Shown one piece after another: positions 24,580-36,727 of a stretch of 64,000 nt of DNA. The stretch is taken from the NCBI GenBank assembly GCA_937879955.1, contig CALFMK010000001.1:201578-265577 (forward strand), in the 5' to 3' direction. This DNA is from an uncultured bacterium (GTDB lineage Bacteria > Patescibacteriota > Minisyncoccia > Phycocordibacterales > Phycocordibacteraceae). Each line of letters starts with the position of its first letter. The stretch's first letter is position 1. The position numbers and the translations under genes were made by a program. The notes under the pieces were generated by a model. That model saw only the letters and a program-made list of their open reading frames with translations, made no database searches and was not told where the DNA came from.

Positions 24580-27231
24580 CTAGCGCTTCACCACCTGGTA
24601 GATCTTCTGGGTCCGGTACACGTCGCCTGCCGGCACAGGGACGCCGCTCAGCGTGCCGGCGTACGGGCGGAGGTAGTACTTGATGTACCCGTCGGAGCGT
24701 TCCTGGAGGGACGATGTCTCGCGCGCGTTCGATTGGTACACGGGATCCGCGTAGTGGCGGTCCACCTCGTCCATGTTGAGCATGCGCGCGAGTATGCCGT
24801 AGCTGTCGTTATAGAAGGCTGCGGTGAGGAGGCGCGGGGCGACAGGATGCGTCGAGTCGGTATGCGCGGTGTACGCGGTCGCGTCCGGGTCAGGGATGCT
24901 CGTCCCGAACAGCTCGAAGCCTCCATCAGCGCCTGCGTTGCCGACGCTCGTATCCGGCCCCACGAGCATCAGCGCGTAATCTTCCTTGACCACCGAGTCC
25001 ACCGCCAGGGTGCGGGTGACGTCAGGGATGTAGCCCTTCGAGGTCACGAGCAGGTCATAGTCTACGTCCGCCGCCTTCGAGCTGTCTTCAGCGAACGTGA
25101 GCATGGTCGAGAATTGCGCCCGCATGCGGTCACCTATCCATGTCGTGCCGTTCGCGGCGCTCGCATAGTCTATCGGCGCGCCGTCCATGGATATGACGAG
25201 ATCGGCAGGACCCGTCTCGTGGCCGTGCGTGCCTCCGATGAACGCGGAGGCCGAAGGATCCGATCCTTGCTTATAGAGGTTTACGGCGAGCTCTATGTTA
25301 CCGACTCCGATCACGGTCGTGTTGCCGATCGTCTCCGGGGTCGTCCGCTCGTCCTGACCCATGTCATCGAACTCATCGACGCCAAGCGTTCCAACCTGCG
25401 TCTCATCGCTTATCATCAGGCCGCCGTCGTAGACGCGGTATCCGGTGGACGAGGCATTCTTCGTAGGCAACCCCTCGAGCGTGAGCACGTAGCTTGCCTT
25501 GTCGAGCCCGCTTGCCAGAGGAGTGCTCTTGACGGAGGTCCCGGCGCTGTACGTGTCCACGTCCTTCGTGGTGACGAGCGTACCTGCCTGATCATAGACC
25601 GACGCGCGGACGATGCCTCCCGTAGAGAGATAGCCGGCCCTCCAGTCTATCTTGGTGCCTGTGAACGGATAGACGATCGCTCCGCCCGGGAACAGCGTCC
25701 GGTTGACCGTCTGGGACGCGAGCGTGGTGCTCTGCCATGAGCTCAGCAGTCCCTTCGTCGTGATGCGATCGAGGGACGGGTAGGTCTGCATGCCGCCGTC
25801 ATACACTCGCCCATTTACAGGATTCGATGACGAGACGGCGATATCAACGGTATACGTTCCGGCAGGAAGCCCTGTCGCGAGCGCGACAAACTGGATGCCT
25901 GACGAATTACCCGTCAGATTGACCTGGCGCTCGCCGCCTGTAAGCGGTATGGCGTAATGCTCAGAGCTTATCTCGACTCCGCTCGTCTTGATGGTTATGG
26001 CAGCGATGCCTGCGCCACTCGCCTGTCCAAGGGTCCGCCACACGATTCGATCATTGGTGTCTATCGTTACGGTATACGTGGTCCGGTCACCTGGCGTCTG
26101 AGAGTAGATGATATCCGTGACGCCGCTGTTGGTCGCAGGCCCGACGAACGTCCCGGTACGGGAGCCCGCGCTCGTTCCCTGCGAGGTCTTTGACGAGGTC
26201 GCCTGCGTGCCGGAGACGGAGTTCGCGGCAGGCAGAGACTCGACGAAGCTTGCGTAGAGCTTGGCTATGGAGGCCCGGCGCATGCGCGCAGGCCCGGCGA
26301 GTCCCGGGTTCAGCCGTTCGCTGAAGAACCAGCGCACGTAATCCGTCCCGCCGAGCGGCGCGTAGACGACAAACTCGTCATAATCGCTTCGCAGCTTCTT
26401 GAGGAGAAGGGGCTCGAGATCATCCTCGCCCGTAGTGAACGTGAGGTCAGAAGAAGGAGTGGCGTTTCCTTCCGCATCGGCAGACCGCACGCGGAAGTGG
26501 TAGGTAGCGAACGCGGTAAGGCCGGTAAGCGTTATGGAATGGGACGTAACGAGCGTCGCCGAGGTGGATGCCGTGCCGTACGACGTCGTGGTTCCGAAAT
26601 CAACGCGCGAATCGCTCGGCTCGTCCGTGGTCCAGGTGATGGTCGCGGTGGTCTGGGTCACGGAAGAATCGATATCCGAGATGCTCGGCGCCGCCGGCAC
26701 TGCGGCGGGAGAGCTGCTCTTGTGCCCTCCGCTCCTCTTGGGTGCATCGATAGATGGTGCGCCGGTCGTTATGGACTCTGACGCGGCGATGGTCGCCTGA
26801 TCGAGCATTCCCGTGAGCGAGACGGCGTAGTACCCCGCGTTCCGCAGGAGCTGCTGAAGCTGGGTGATGAGCGAGGAGAGGAAAGATGGGGATGGGGATG
26901 GGGATGCAATGATGCTATCTGAAGATGTAGGGGATGCAATAACCTCCCCGTTTAGGATCGCGCGTGTCGCAGGCCCTACGTAGCCGAGAGATTCGAGTCC
27001 TTGGGACTTCTGGAAGTCCGCAACGGCCTGGAGCGTTACCTGGCCGTAGTAGCCGGTGACGTCCGCATTGAAGAAGCCCTTCTCCTTGAGAAGGGTCTGG
27101 AGCGCGGAGACGTCGGACCCGCTCATGCCCTTCTCGAGTGGGCGCTCGAACGTCGCTGCGGAGGCGAAGGGAGGCACGAGCAAGAACGCCACGAAGAAAG
27201 CGAAAGACGCCTTGCGGAAGCCAGAGAGCAT
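24580..27231 (-). CDS. large secreted cell-wall-associated protein (signal peptide, peptidoglycan-binding domain, fibronectin type III domain, beta-rich C-terminal region)
   Basis: Signal peptide MLSGFRKASFAFFVAFLLVPPFASA (ORF track extends to 27324). PG_binding_1-like block LEKGMSGSDVSALQTLLKEKGFFNADVTGYYGQVTLQAVADFQKSQGL. FN3-like ITWTTDEPSDSRVDFGTT...YHFRVRSAD. Confidence 0.65.
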   Translation of the reverse strand: MLSGFRKASFAFFVAFLLVPPFASAATFERPLEKGMSGSDVSALQTLLKEKGFFNADVTGYYGQVTLQAVADFQKSQGLESLGYVGPATRAILNGEVIASPTSSDSIIASPSPSPSFLSSLITQLQQLLRNAGYYAVSLTGMLDQATIAASESITTGAPSIDAPKRSGGHKSSSPAAVPAAPSISDIDSSVTQTTATITWTTDEPSDSRVDFGTTTSYGTASTSATLVTSHSITLTGLTAFATYHFRVRSADAEGNATPSSDLTFTTGEDDLEPLLLKKLRSDYDEFVVYAPLGGTDYVRWFFSERLNPGLAGPARMRRASIAKLYASFVESLPAANSVSGTQATSSKTSQGTSAGSRTGTFVGPATNSGVTDIIYSQTPGDRTTYTVTIDTNDRIVWRTLGQASGAGIAAITIKTSGVEISSEHYAIPLTGGERQVNLTGNSSGIQFVALATGLPAGTYTVDIAVSSSNPVNGRVYDGGMQTYPSLDRITTKGLLSSWQSTTLASQTVNRTLFPGGAIVYPFTGTKIDWRAGYLSTGGIVRASVYDQAGTLVTTKDVDTYSAGTSVKSTPLASGLDKASYVLTLEGLPTKNASSTGYRVYDGGLMISDETQVGTLGVDEFDDMGQDERTTPETIGNTTVIGVGNIELAVNLYKQGSDPSASAFIGGTHGHETGPADLVISMDGAPIDYASAANGTTWIGDRMRAQFSTMLTFAEDSSKAADVDYDLLVTSKGYIPDVTRTLAVDSVVKEDYALMLVGPDTSVGNAGADGGFELFGTSIPDPDATAYTAHTDSTHPVAPRLLTAAFYNDSYGILARMLNMDEVDRHYADPVYQSNARETSSLQERSDGYIKYYLRPYAGTLSGVPVPAGDVYRTQKIYQVVKR

Positions 27232-27320
27232 TAGAAAGAGTATATCACTTGCGTCTGCACCGTTGAGCAGAAAGCCAACATAGAAAAAGAGGCGGCACGA
27301 ATGCCGCCTCATGTAGTGAC

Positions 27321-27791
27321 TCACGCTGCGAGCTCTCCCGTCCTGGACGCGTCACGCGCGAACGACAGGACGGCGAACGGATCATTGAGCGAGAACGCCA
27401 CATGCGCGCTCGTCGCCTCATACCTCAGTTCCTGGATCTCCAGATTCCAAGACCCGTCCTTGTAATTGGCCATGAGGATCCGGACGGTTCCTTCGGCGTC
27501 GAGCACATGGAACGAGTAGCTCCCAGGCGGAGCTTCCCGGAGGAAATGGAACGCATGCGCCCACGCGACCGACAGCTTCTCGGCCGGCAGGCGCGGCATG
27601 AGCTGCGCCATCGCGACCGCCTGCACGTCGCGCTCGACGATCGCGCCCTCCTTCAGGAGCTCCTTGAGCCTCTGGCCGATCAGGCTGATCTTCAGCGCGC
27701 CGTCCGACCCGACCTTGAAATGGTCCTGGACGTCGAAGTAGTCGACCGCGAGCACGGTAGCGACCGGAATACGATTCTCTTGGAACGGCAT
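27321..27791 (-). CDS. hypothetical protein
   Basis: ATG at 27789-27791 (MPFQENRIP...). Upstream in-frame extension looks non-coding. Confidence 0.4.
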   Translation of the reverse strand: MPFQENRIPVATVLAVDYFDVQDHFKVGSDGALKISLIGQRLKELLKEGAIVERDVQAVAMAQLMPRLPAEKLSVAWAHAFHFLREAPPGSYSFHVLDAEGTVRILMANYKDGSWNLEIQELRYEATSAHVAFSLNDPFAVLSFARDASRTGELAA

Positions 27792-28042
27792 GGTCCCTCT
27801 CCTTATGAAAGAACGTGCTGACAATAGAACAAAGACACGGATACATGTCAAAGCCCGGAAACGTATTGACAGGAAAAACGGCCTCGTGTACATTACTTGA
27901 ACGTTCGCGAGTCAGCAGGTTTCGGCCAGCGGAATCGCGATCGTACTGGAAAAACCCTCCTCGGAGGGTTTTTCCATTTCTCCTCCGACCTATTTTCAAT
28001 ACGTACAGAAAAACCGCCCTTCTGGGCGGTTTTTCTTTCTTC

Positions 28043-28195
28043 TTACTTCTTGACCTCCTTGTAGGTCTCGCGCTTCCTGGTGTTCGGATCGAACTTGAGG
28101 AGCTCGATCTTGCGCTCTACCTTCTTCTTGTTCTTGCGAGAAAAGCGCACGTGGCCGGAAGCCGACTTGAGCTTGATGAGACGATCCTGTGACAT
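28043..28195 (-). CDS. rpmG: 50S ribosomal protein L33
   Basis: MSQDRLIKLKSASGHVRFSRKNKKKVERKIELLKFDPNTRKRETYKEVKK aligns with E. coli L33 (...[29 protein letters not shown]). Confidence 0.85.
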   Translation of the reverse strand: MSQDRLIKLKSASGHVRFSRKNKKKVERKIELLKFDPNTRKRETYKEVKK

Positions 28196-28217
28196 AGATA
28201 GGATGACTATACCAGCC

Positions 28218-30899
<2,682 letters not shown>

Positions 30900-30945
30900 A
30901 GAGAGGGGTTCTTACACTAGTAATGACGTGCGAACAGGACGCCTG

Positions 30946-31698
30946 TTACGGCGCCTCCGAGAGGAGCGTGATGATGCGGTCGGCAGGCGCGAAGACGCCA
31001 GGGACGGCGGTCGCGATGCCGATGATGTCGCCTGAGATGTTCACGGCAGCGGCTCCGGCAGGGACGCCGGTCACGTTCGCCCGGATACCCTCGGCAGAGA
31101 CGAGCGAGATGATGCCGGAGACGGCCGCGCCTTCGCGCGTGAGCGAGACGAGCGTCTGGCCCTGGCTGAGCGCCGAAGGGACGATGAGGTCAGGGGTGGT
31201 CGCGGCCGGAAGCTTCGCGGTATCCGAGAAGCCGTAGACCGTGAGGGTCGCGCCAGGCTTCGAGAGCGATGCCTCGGCGCTCGAGCCGTCAGCGAAGACG
31301 ATGGTCGCCTCCTTCGGGAGCCCGGTGGCGGTCGCGGTCACCACCGCGCGCTTGTCCGGGAGGAACGTTCCTACCGCGATTGCCGGCGTCGTGGTCGCGC
31401 CCTTGTGGATGGTCACCCGGCGTCCCACGTCCGCGCGGATGGCGGCCGAGAGCAGGTCCTCGTCGCGGATGACGATCGTCTCCTTCGCAGGCGCAGCGAT
31501 CCCTGGAATCGTCGGAAGCGGCGTCTGAGCCGCCGTCTCGACCGTGCGCTCGACGATGCGGTTCACGGTCTGGGTCACGGTCGGCGGCGCCTGGTCGAGC
31601 AAGGACACGGTCATCACGGCGGTCGCGATGGCCGTGACGAAGTTCACCAGGATGGTGAGAAGCAGCAGCTGGGTCTTGTTGAGGTCCTCGATGTTCAT
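30946..31698 (-). CDS. membrane-anchored protein with trypsin-like (S1/HtrA-like) domain, possibly catalytically inactive
   Basis: TM LLLLTILVNFVTAIATAVMTV. C-terminal AVNISGDIIGIATA resembles the HtrA LVNxxGEVIGINTA block but the GNSGG serine motif is replaced (VPAGAAAV). Confidence 0.4.
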   Translation of the reverse strand: MNIEDLNKTQLLLLTILVNFVTAIATAVMTVSLLDQAPPTVTQTVNRIVERTVETAAQTPLPTIPGIAAPAKETIVIRDEDLLSAAIRADVGRRVTIHKGATTTPAIAVGTFLPDKRAVVTATATGLPKEATIVFADGSSAEASLSKPGATLTVYGFSDTAKLPAATTPDLIVPSALSQGQTLVSLTREGAAVSGIISLVSAEGIRANVTGVPAGAAAVNISGDIIGIATAVPGVFAPADRIITLLSEAP

Positions 31699-31708
31699 AT
31701 AGGGATAA

Positions 31709-32872
31709 TTATAGGCTATTCGCATCGAGGAATCGAACGGCAAGCACGAGGACGTCCGCGAAGCGGTCGAGGTCCCGCTCCCTGGTCGCAGGGCCCCACG
31801 AGATGCGAAGCGTCGAGGAGGCGCGCTTCGCATCTCCCGTGAACGCGAGGACCGCGTTCGATCCCTCCTCGTCGGTCGCGCACGCGCTGCGGGTGGAGAC
31901 CGCGAACCCCGCCTCGTCGAGGAGCGCCGCGAGGTAGTCGGTATCGCGCCCGAGCAAGGACACGTTCAGGATGTGCGGCACGGCCTCCTTCCCGCCATTC
32001 CGGACAGCGTCTTTCACGTCTTTCTCGATGCGCGCGAGCAGCCGTTCGCGCATGCCGCGCGCACGGAGCGCGAACGAGGCATGCGTCACCGCTGACTCTT
32101 CGAGCGCCTCGGCGAACGCACTCGCGAGCGCCGGAGACGGCGTCCCGGGGCGCAGGCCCCGCTCCTGACCGCCGCCCAGCATGAGCGGGCTGAGCGTGAC
32201 CTGCCGCGGCGCCAAGAGGACGCCGATACCGCGCACGCCTCCCACTTTCTGCGCGTCGAGCGTGAGCGTGTCGGACGCGATGCGCGTGAGCTCGAAGGAT
32301 TCCGCGAGCGGGAGCTGACTCGCGTCCGCATGCACTCGGACGCGTACGCCCGACCGGTCGAGCGCCTGGCGTACCCCGCGCGTATCGAAGCGTGTGCCGG
32401 TCTCGCCGCAGACTACCTCGAGCGTGACGAGCGCGGTCTCGGGCCTGATCTGGCGCGCGAGCGCGGAGAGGTCGATGCCTCCGTCCGTGAGCGTGAGCGC
32501 CTCGACCGCGACGCCCATGGAGCGGAGCTGGTCCATGCAGCCTCTCGTAGACGCGTGCGCGCTCGGGAGATAGAGGACGTGGATGTCCTTGGCATCGCGC
32601 CCGCCATCGACGAGCGCGCGTACCTGCCCGAGGATCGCGAGCGCGTTCGCTTCGGTGGCCCCTGCCGTAAATATCACGCTATCGGCCTTCACGCCGGCGA
32701 GGCGCGCGATGCGCACGCGCGCGTCCTCGAGCGCATCCTTCGCGCGCCTGCCTTCGGCGTGCGGCGAGGACGGGTTGCCGAAGAGCGGCGCGACGCGGCG
32801 GTACGCACGTTCGCTTCCCCTGCTCACCGGAGCCGCTGCCGCCCAGTCCAGATACGTCCGACGCGATCTCAT
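31709..32872 (-). CDS. cysteine desulfurase (class V aminotransferase, NifS/IscS-like)
   Basis: VIFTAGATEANALAI, PLP-lysine region TLDAQKVGGVRGIGVL, C-terminal catalytic Cys loop STRSACATDE. Confidence 0.8.
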   Translation of the reverse strand: MRSRRTYLDWAAAAPVSRGSERAYRRVAPLFGNPSSPHAEGRRAKDALEDARVRIARLAGVKADSVIFTAGATEANALAILGQVRALVDGGRDAKDIHVLYLPSAHASTRGCMDQLRSMGVAVEALTLTDGGIDLSALARQIRPETALVTLEVVCGETGTRFDTRGVRQALDRSGVRVRVHADASQLPLAESFELTRIASDTLTLDAQKVGGVRGIGVLLAPRQVTLSPLMLGGGQERGLRPGTPSPALASAFAEALEESAVTHASFALRARGMRERLLARIEKDVKDAVRNGGKEAVPHILNVSLLGRDTDYLAALLDEAGFAVSTRSACATDEEGSNAVLAFTGDAKRASSTLRISWGPATRERDLDRFADVLVLAVRFLDANSL

Positions 32873-33098
32873 GCATCCATTGTACGCGCAGGCATGCGCT
32901 TGATACAGTGCGTACGGATGGCGAAAGACAGCGTGCGGCCGGATCCGGGTGGCGTCGGGTCTTACTGGAGGGAGTCCTCCCACAGCTCCTTGCAGGATCT
33001 ATCAGGAGGGCGCGTCTTTCCGCCCTTCTTCGCACTTCATGGCGCGCCTTCGGGCGCGCCGTTCCATTTCCACCATATAATTAGCGAAAATACAGGTT

Positions 33099-34604
33099 TT
33101 GTGCGATAATCAAGGGAATATGGCACTGAGCACCCGACCACCGATCGTGGCCGTCATGGGACACATCGATCACGGCAAGTCTTCCTTGCTGGACTACATC
33201 CGCAAGGCGAACGTGACCGCGGGCGAGGCCGGCGGCATCACCCAGCACGTATCCGCCTACGAGGCGGAGCACGAGCATGAGGGCGTCCTGCGCAAGATCA
33301 CGTTCCTCGACACGCCGGGGCACGAGGCATTCCGCGCGCTGCGCGCCCGCGGCGCGGCTGCCGCTGACATCGCGATCCTCGTGATCGCGAGCGAGGAAGG
33401 CGTGAAGCCGCAGACCCTCGAGGCGTTCAATGCCATCGAGGAGGCCGGCACCCCGTTCGTCGTCGCGTTCACTAAGATCGACAAGCCCGGCGCGGACGTC
33501 GAGAAGGCCCGCATCTCGGCGCTCGAGAACGGCATCTACCTCGAGGGTCTCGGCGGCTCCATCCCGTACGTCGGCGTCTCCTCGAAGTCCGGCGAGGGCG
33601 TGCCCGAGCTCCTCGACCTCGTCCTCCTCACGGCCGACATGGCCGAGCTTTCCGCGGACGCGGACCTGCCGGGAGAAGGCTATGTGCTCGAGTCCTCCCA
33701 AGACCCCAAGCGCGGCCTCTCCGCCACCCTCATCGTGAAGAACGGCTCCCTGCCGGTCGGCTCCTTCGCTGTGGCAGGGCCGGCATTCGCGCCGGTCCGC
33801 TTCATCGAGGATTTCAAGGGCAGCCGCATCGACACGGCGCTCCCGTCCCAGCCGATCCGCATCTCCGGGTGGAACGTGCTCCCGCCTGCTGGCACCCCGT
33901 TCTCGTCCACGAAGGCGAAGAAGGACGCCGAGAAGCTCGCGCTCGAAGGCACCGCGCCTAACCCTGCCCACACGCAGGAGCGGGCAAGCGATGATGGCAA
34001 GGTCCTCCTACCGCTCATCCTGAAGGCGGATGTCACCGGCAGCATCCTCGCCATCAAGCACGAGCTCGCGAAGATCGAGCATGAGCGCGTGACCATCAGA
34101 ATCGTCCAGGAAGGCATCGGCGCGGTTTCCGAGAGCGACGTGAAGGCCGCAGCCGCAGGCAACGGCTTCGTGATTGGCTTCAACGTCGGCGTCGACTCCG
34201 CCGCACGCGATTCCGCGGAGCGCATGCACGTCTCGATCGACACGTTCACCATCATCTACGACCTCAAGGAGCGCATCGAGGAGCTCGTCCTCGAGCGCGC
34301 GCCGCGCATCACGGTCGAGGAGATCCTCGGCGAGGCGAAGATCCTCAAGGTGTTCAGCACGACCGGCGCAAAGCAGGTCATGGGCGCCCGCTGGAACTCG
34401 GGCGTCCTCACCGTAGGCGACATGGTGAAGATCGACCGCCGCGGCCTCCATATCGGAAACGGAAAGCTCACCAACCTGCAGGTGGCGCGCGCGGACGTGA
34501 AGGAGATCAAGATGGAGGGCGAGTTCGGCCTCCAGATCGAGAGCAAGCACGAGGCAGCAGCCGGCGACACCCTCATCGCGTTCCGCATGACCGACACTAA
34601 ATAA
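33099..34604 (+). CDS. infB: translation initiation factor IF-2 (short form: G domain plus C-terminal domains)
   Basis: [18 protein letters not shown] (G1), DTPGHEAF (G3), TKIDK (G4). Followed by rbfA as in the conserved infB-rbfA arrangement. Confidence 0.9.
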   Translation: MCDNQGNMALSTRPPIVAVMGHIDHGKSSLLDYIRKANVTAGEAGGITQHVSAYEAEHEHEGVLRKITFLDTPGHEAFRALRARGAAAADIAILVIASEEGVKPQTLEAFNAIEEAGTPFVVAFTKIDKPGADVEKARISALENGIYLEGLGGSIPYVGVSSKSGEGVPELLDLVLLTADMAELSADADLPGEGYVLESSQDPKRGLSATLIVKNGSLPVGSFAVAGPAFAPVRFIEDFKGSRIDTALPSQPIRISGWNVLPPAGTPFSSTKAKKDAEKLALEGTAPNPAHTQERASDDGKVLLPLILKADVTGSILAIKHELAKIEHERVTIRIVQEGIGAVSESDVKAAAAGNGFVIGFNVGVDSAARDSAERMHVSIDTFTIIYDLKERIEELVLERAPRITVEEILGEAKILKVFSTTGAKQVMGARWNSGVLTVGDMVKIDRRGLHIGNGKLTNLQVARADVKEIKMEGEFGLQIESKHEAAAGDTLIAFRMTDTK

Positions 34605-34611
34605 TCTACCT

Positions 34612-34968
34612 ATGAGCGCACGAGACGAACGGGCGGTTTCCATACTCCTTGAGAACGCAGGGCGCTACATCGCGCGCGAAGCGGGCCGCGGCACCCTCAT
34701 CACGCCGACCCGCGCCACCTTCTCGAAGGACCGACAGAACGCCACGATCTACGTGAGCGTGTATCCGGAGGCGCAGGAGGGCCATGCCATCGAGTTCCTC
34801 ATGCGTCACAAGGACCTCTTCCGCAACGAGCTGAAGAAGACCACGCGCTTCGTCCGCCTTCCCTACATCTGGTTCGAGATCGACAAGGGCGAGCGCGCCC
34901 GCATCGCCTTCGAGGACGCAACCCGCGGCCTCGTTATCCCTCCTAAGGAGGAAGACGCGGACGCATAG
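34612..34968 (+). CDS. rbfA: ribosome-binding factor A
   Basis: 118 aa, KH-like RbfA pattern (...TLITPTRATFSKDRQNATIYVSV...RFVRLPYIWFEID). Position immediately after infB. Confidence 0.75.
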   Translation: MSARDERAVSILLENAGRYIAREAGRGTLITPTRATFSKDRQNATIYVSVYPEAQEGHAIEFLMRHKDLFRNELKKTTRFVRLPYIWFEIDKGERARIAFEDATRGLVIPPKEEDADA

Positions 34969-35081
34969 CGCTCGAGGCACTGGCACGCTAATATGGCGGT
35001 ACGGCCCAGTGGCGAAGGAGAAACGCGGCGGATTGCAAACCCGCTATGCACGGATGCGATTTCCGTCTGGGCCTCAAATAG

Positions 35082-35120
35082 CAATGGCGGCACTTAGTGC
35101 CGCCATTGCCGTTCTTCGTG
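35082..35120 (+). terminator. Rho-independent terminator after rbfA
   Basis: caatggcggcac-ttag-gtgccgccattg (12-bp stem) followed by ccgttcttcgtgg. Confidence 0.55.
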
Positions 35121-35140
35121 GTATCGTTTTCCGTACCCTT

Positions 35141-35226
35141 GCCGGGGTGATGGAATGGTAGACATAGCGGGCTTAAACCCCGCAGGCAGCGATGCCATGC
35201 GGGTTCGAATCCCGCCCCCGGTACCA
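35141..35226 (+). tRNA. tRNA-Leu (anticodon UAA), class II, CCA encoded
   Basis: GCCGGGG...anticodon stem GCGGG/CCCGC with loop CTTAAAC...GCGGG-TTCGAAT-CCCGC-CCCCGGT-A-CCA. Coordinates anchored to antisense ORF 34988..35515 and the alr start. Confidence 0.85.
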
Positions 35227-36368
35227 TGACCATCCGCTCATTCGCCCGCAGGATACGCCGCGCGCTCGCCCGTCGCGAGCCGCTCATAACCGTATCCATC
35301 TCGAAGGAGAACCTGCTCCATAACCTCCACGCGTACCGGGAGGCGTACCCGTCCATGAAAGTGGCGCCCGTACTGAAGAGCAACGCGTACGGACACGGCC
35401 TCGCCGTCATCGCCGAGATTCTAGATAAGGAGGACATCGCCTTCCTCATGGTCGATTCCCTGTACGAGGCCCGCGTGCTCCGCAGGAGCGGCATTCGCGC
35501 GCGCCTGTGCGTCATGGGCTACGTGCGTCCGGAAGAGATCGCCGAGAGCAGGCTCCGTGGCGTCGACTTCGCAGTGACCGACATCGAGCAGCTCCGCACG
35601 CTCGCGCAGGAAGCGCACCGGCACGTACGCATCCACCTGAAGCTCGATACGGGCATGCACCGCCAGGGCATCGTTCCGAAGGACCTCTCGGACGCTATCG
35701 CGCTCATCCGCTCGAATCCGCACCTCGCGCTCGTCGGCGTCACGACCCACCTCGCGGACGCCGACAATGCCGAGTCCTCCTTGACGAAAGCGCAGCTCGA
35801 GCTCTGGAGCGAGGAGCTGGCAAGGCTCGAGGAGGCGTTCCCAGGAATCGAATACCGGCATGCGGCAGCGACCAAGGGCGCGCCGTGGAGCGCCACAGAG
35901 CCGATGAACGTGATACGCGCGGGCATGGGCCTCTACGGGTACGACACGTCCCCTGCGGCGAAGCTGCAGCTCAGGCCCGTGCTCGAGATGCGCTCGATCA
36001 TCGCCTCGATACGGGACCTCGTACCCGGCGACCAGGTCGGCTACAACGCGACCTTCACCGCGCAGCGGCCTTCGCGCATCGCCACGGTCCCTGCCGGCTA
36101 CTACGAAGGCATCGATCGCGGACTCTCGAACGCGGGCGCGTTCCTCGTGCGCGGGACGAAGGCGCCTATCGCAGGACGCGTCTCGATGAACATGACCTCC
36201 ATCGATGTCACGGATGTGCCGGATGTTGAGCGCGGCGACGCCGTCACGCTCGTGAGCCGGAAGCCATCGGACCCGAACTCTGTCCTGTCCATGGCACGTC
36301 TCTCCGGCACCACGCCCTACGTCATCCTGGCCCATATCCCGAGCCACCTGTACCGGGTCGTGGAATAG
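35226..36368 (+). CDS. alr: alanine racemase
   Basis: PLP-lysine motif VAPVLKSNAYGHGL, C-terminal beta domain. ATG overlaps the last A of the tRNA CCA. Confidence 0.9.
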   Translation: MTIRSFARRIRRALARREPLITVSISKENLLHNLHAYREAYPSMKVAPVLKSNAYGHGLAVIAEILDKEDIAFLMVDSLYEARVLRRSGIRARLCVMGYVRPEEIAESRLRGVDFAVTDIEQLRTLAQEAHRHVRIHLKLDTGMHRQGIVPKDLSDAIALIRSNPHLALVGVTTHLADADNAESSLTKAQLELWSEELARLEEAFPGIEYRHAAATKGAPWSATEPMNVIRAGMGLYGYDTSPAAKLQLRPVLEMRSIIASIRDLVPGDQVGYNATFTAQRPSRIATVPAGYYEGIDRGLSNAGAFLVRGTKAPIAGRVSMNMTSIDVTDVPDVERGDAVTLVSRKPSDPNSVLSMARLSGTTPYVILAHIPSHLYRVVE

Positions 36369-36407
36369 TTGAAATGCGGAGGCATATCTATTAGTATCTA
36401 GGGGTGC

Positions 36408-36480
36408 GCACCCGTAGCTCAGTTGGTAGAGCAACTCCCTCTTAAGGAGATGGTCCCTGGTTCGAGCCCAGGCGGGTGCA
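36408..36480 (+). tRNA. tRNA-Lys (anticodon CUU)
   Basis: GCACCCG acceptor, D-arm GCTC-AGTTGGTA-GAGC, anticodon loop CTCTTAA (stem with one A-A mismatch), T-arm CCTGG-TTCGAGC-CCAGG. Anchored by ORF start 36434. Confidence 0.8.
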
Positions 36481-36486
36481 CAGCAA

Positions 36487-36527
36487 GAAGAGGCGGGACC
36501 CCTGGGTCCCGCCTCTTCCCGTTTCCT
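36487..36527 (+). terminator. hairpin terminator between tRNAs
   Basis: gaagaggcgggaccc-ctg-gggtcccgcctcttc followed by ccgtttcc. Confidence 0.5.
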
Positions 36528-36543
36528 GGTAGGATAGACGCAC

Positions 36544-36624
36544 GCTGGAGTGGTGAAATGGTAGACACGCTTGCCTTAGGAGCAGGTCCCTTCGGGGGTG
36601 GAGGTTCGAGTCCTCTCTCCAGCA
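36544..36624 (+). tRNA. tRNA-Leu (anticodon UAG), class II
   Basis: GCTGGAG acceptor/CTCCAGC, anticodon stem CTTGC/GCAGG with loop CTTAGGA, long variable arm, T-arm GGAGG-TTCGAGT-CCTCT. Anchored via ORF 36423..36650. Confidence 0.8.
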
Positions 36625-36727
36625 CATACGACGTATCTATTGACTTTTAGTCAATTTAGGTGTTAAAATATATCCAGACAACGGTACCTTGAGAGCAAGG
36701 TGCATTAGCTATCGAAGGAGATTCGCG

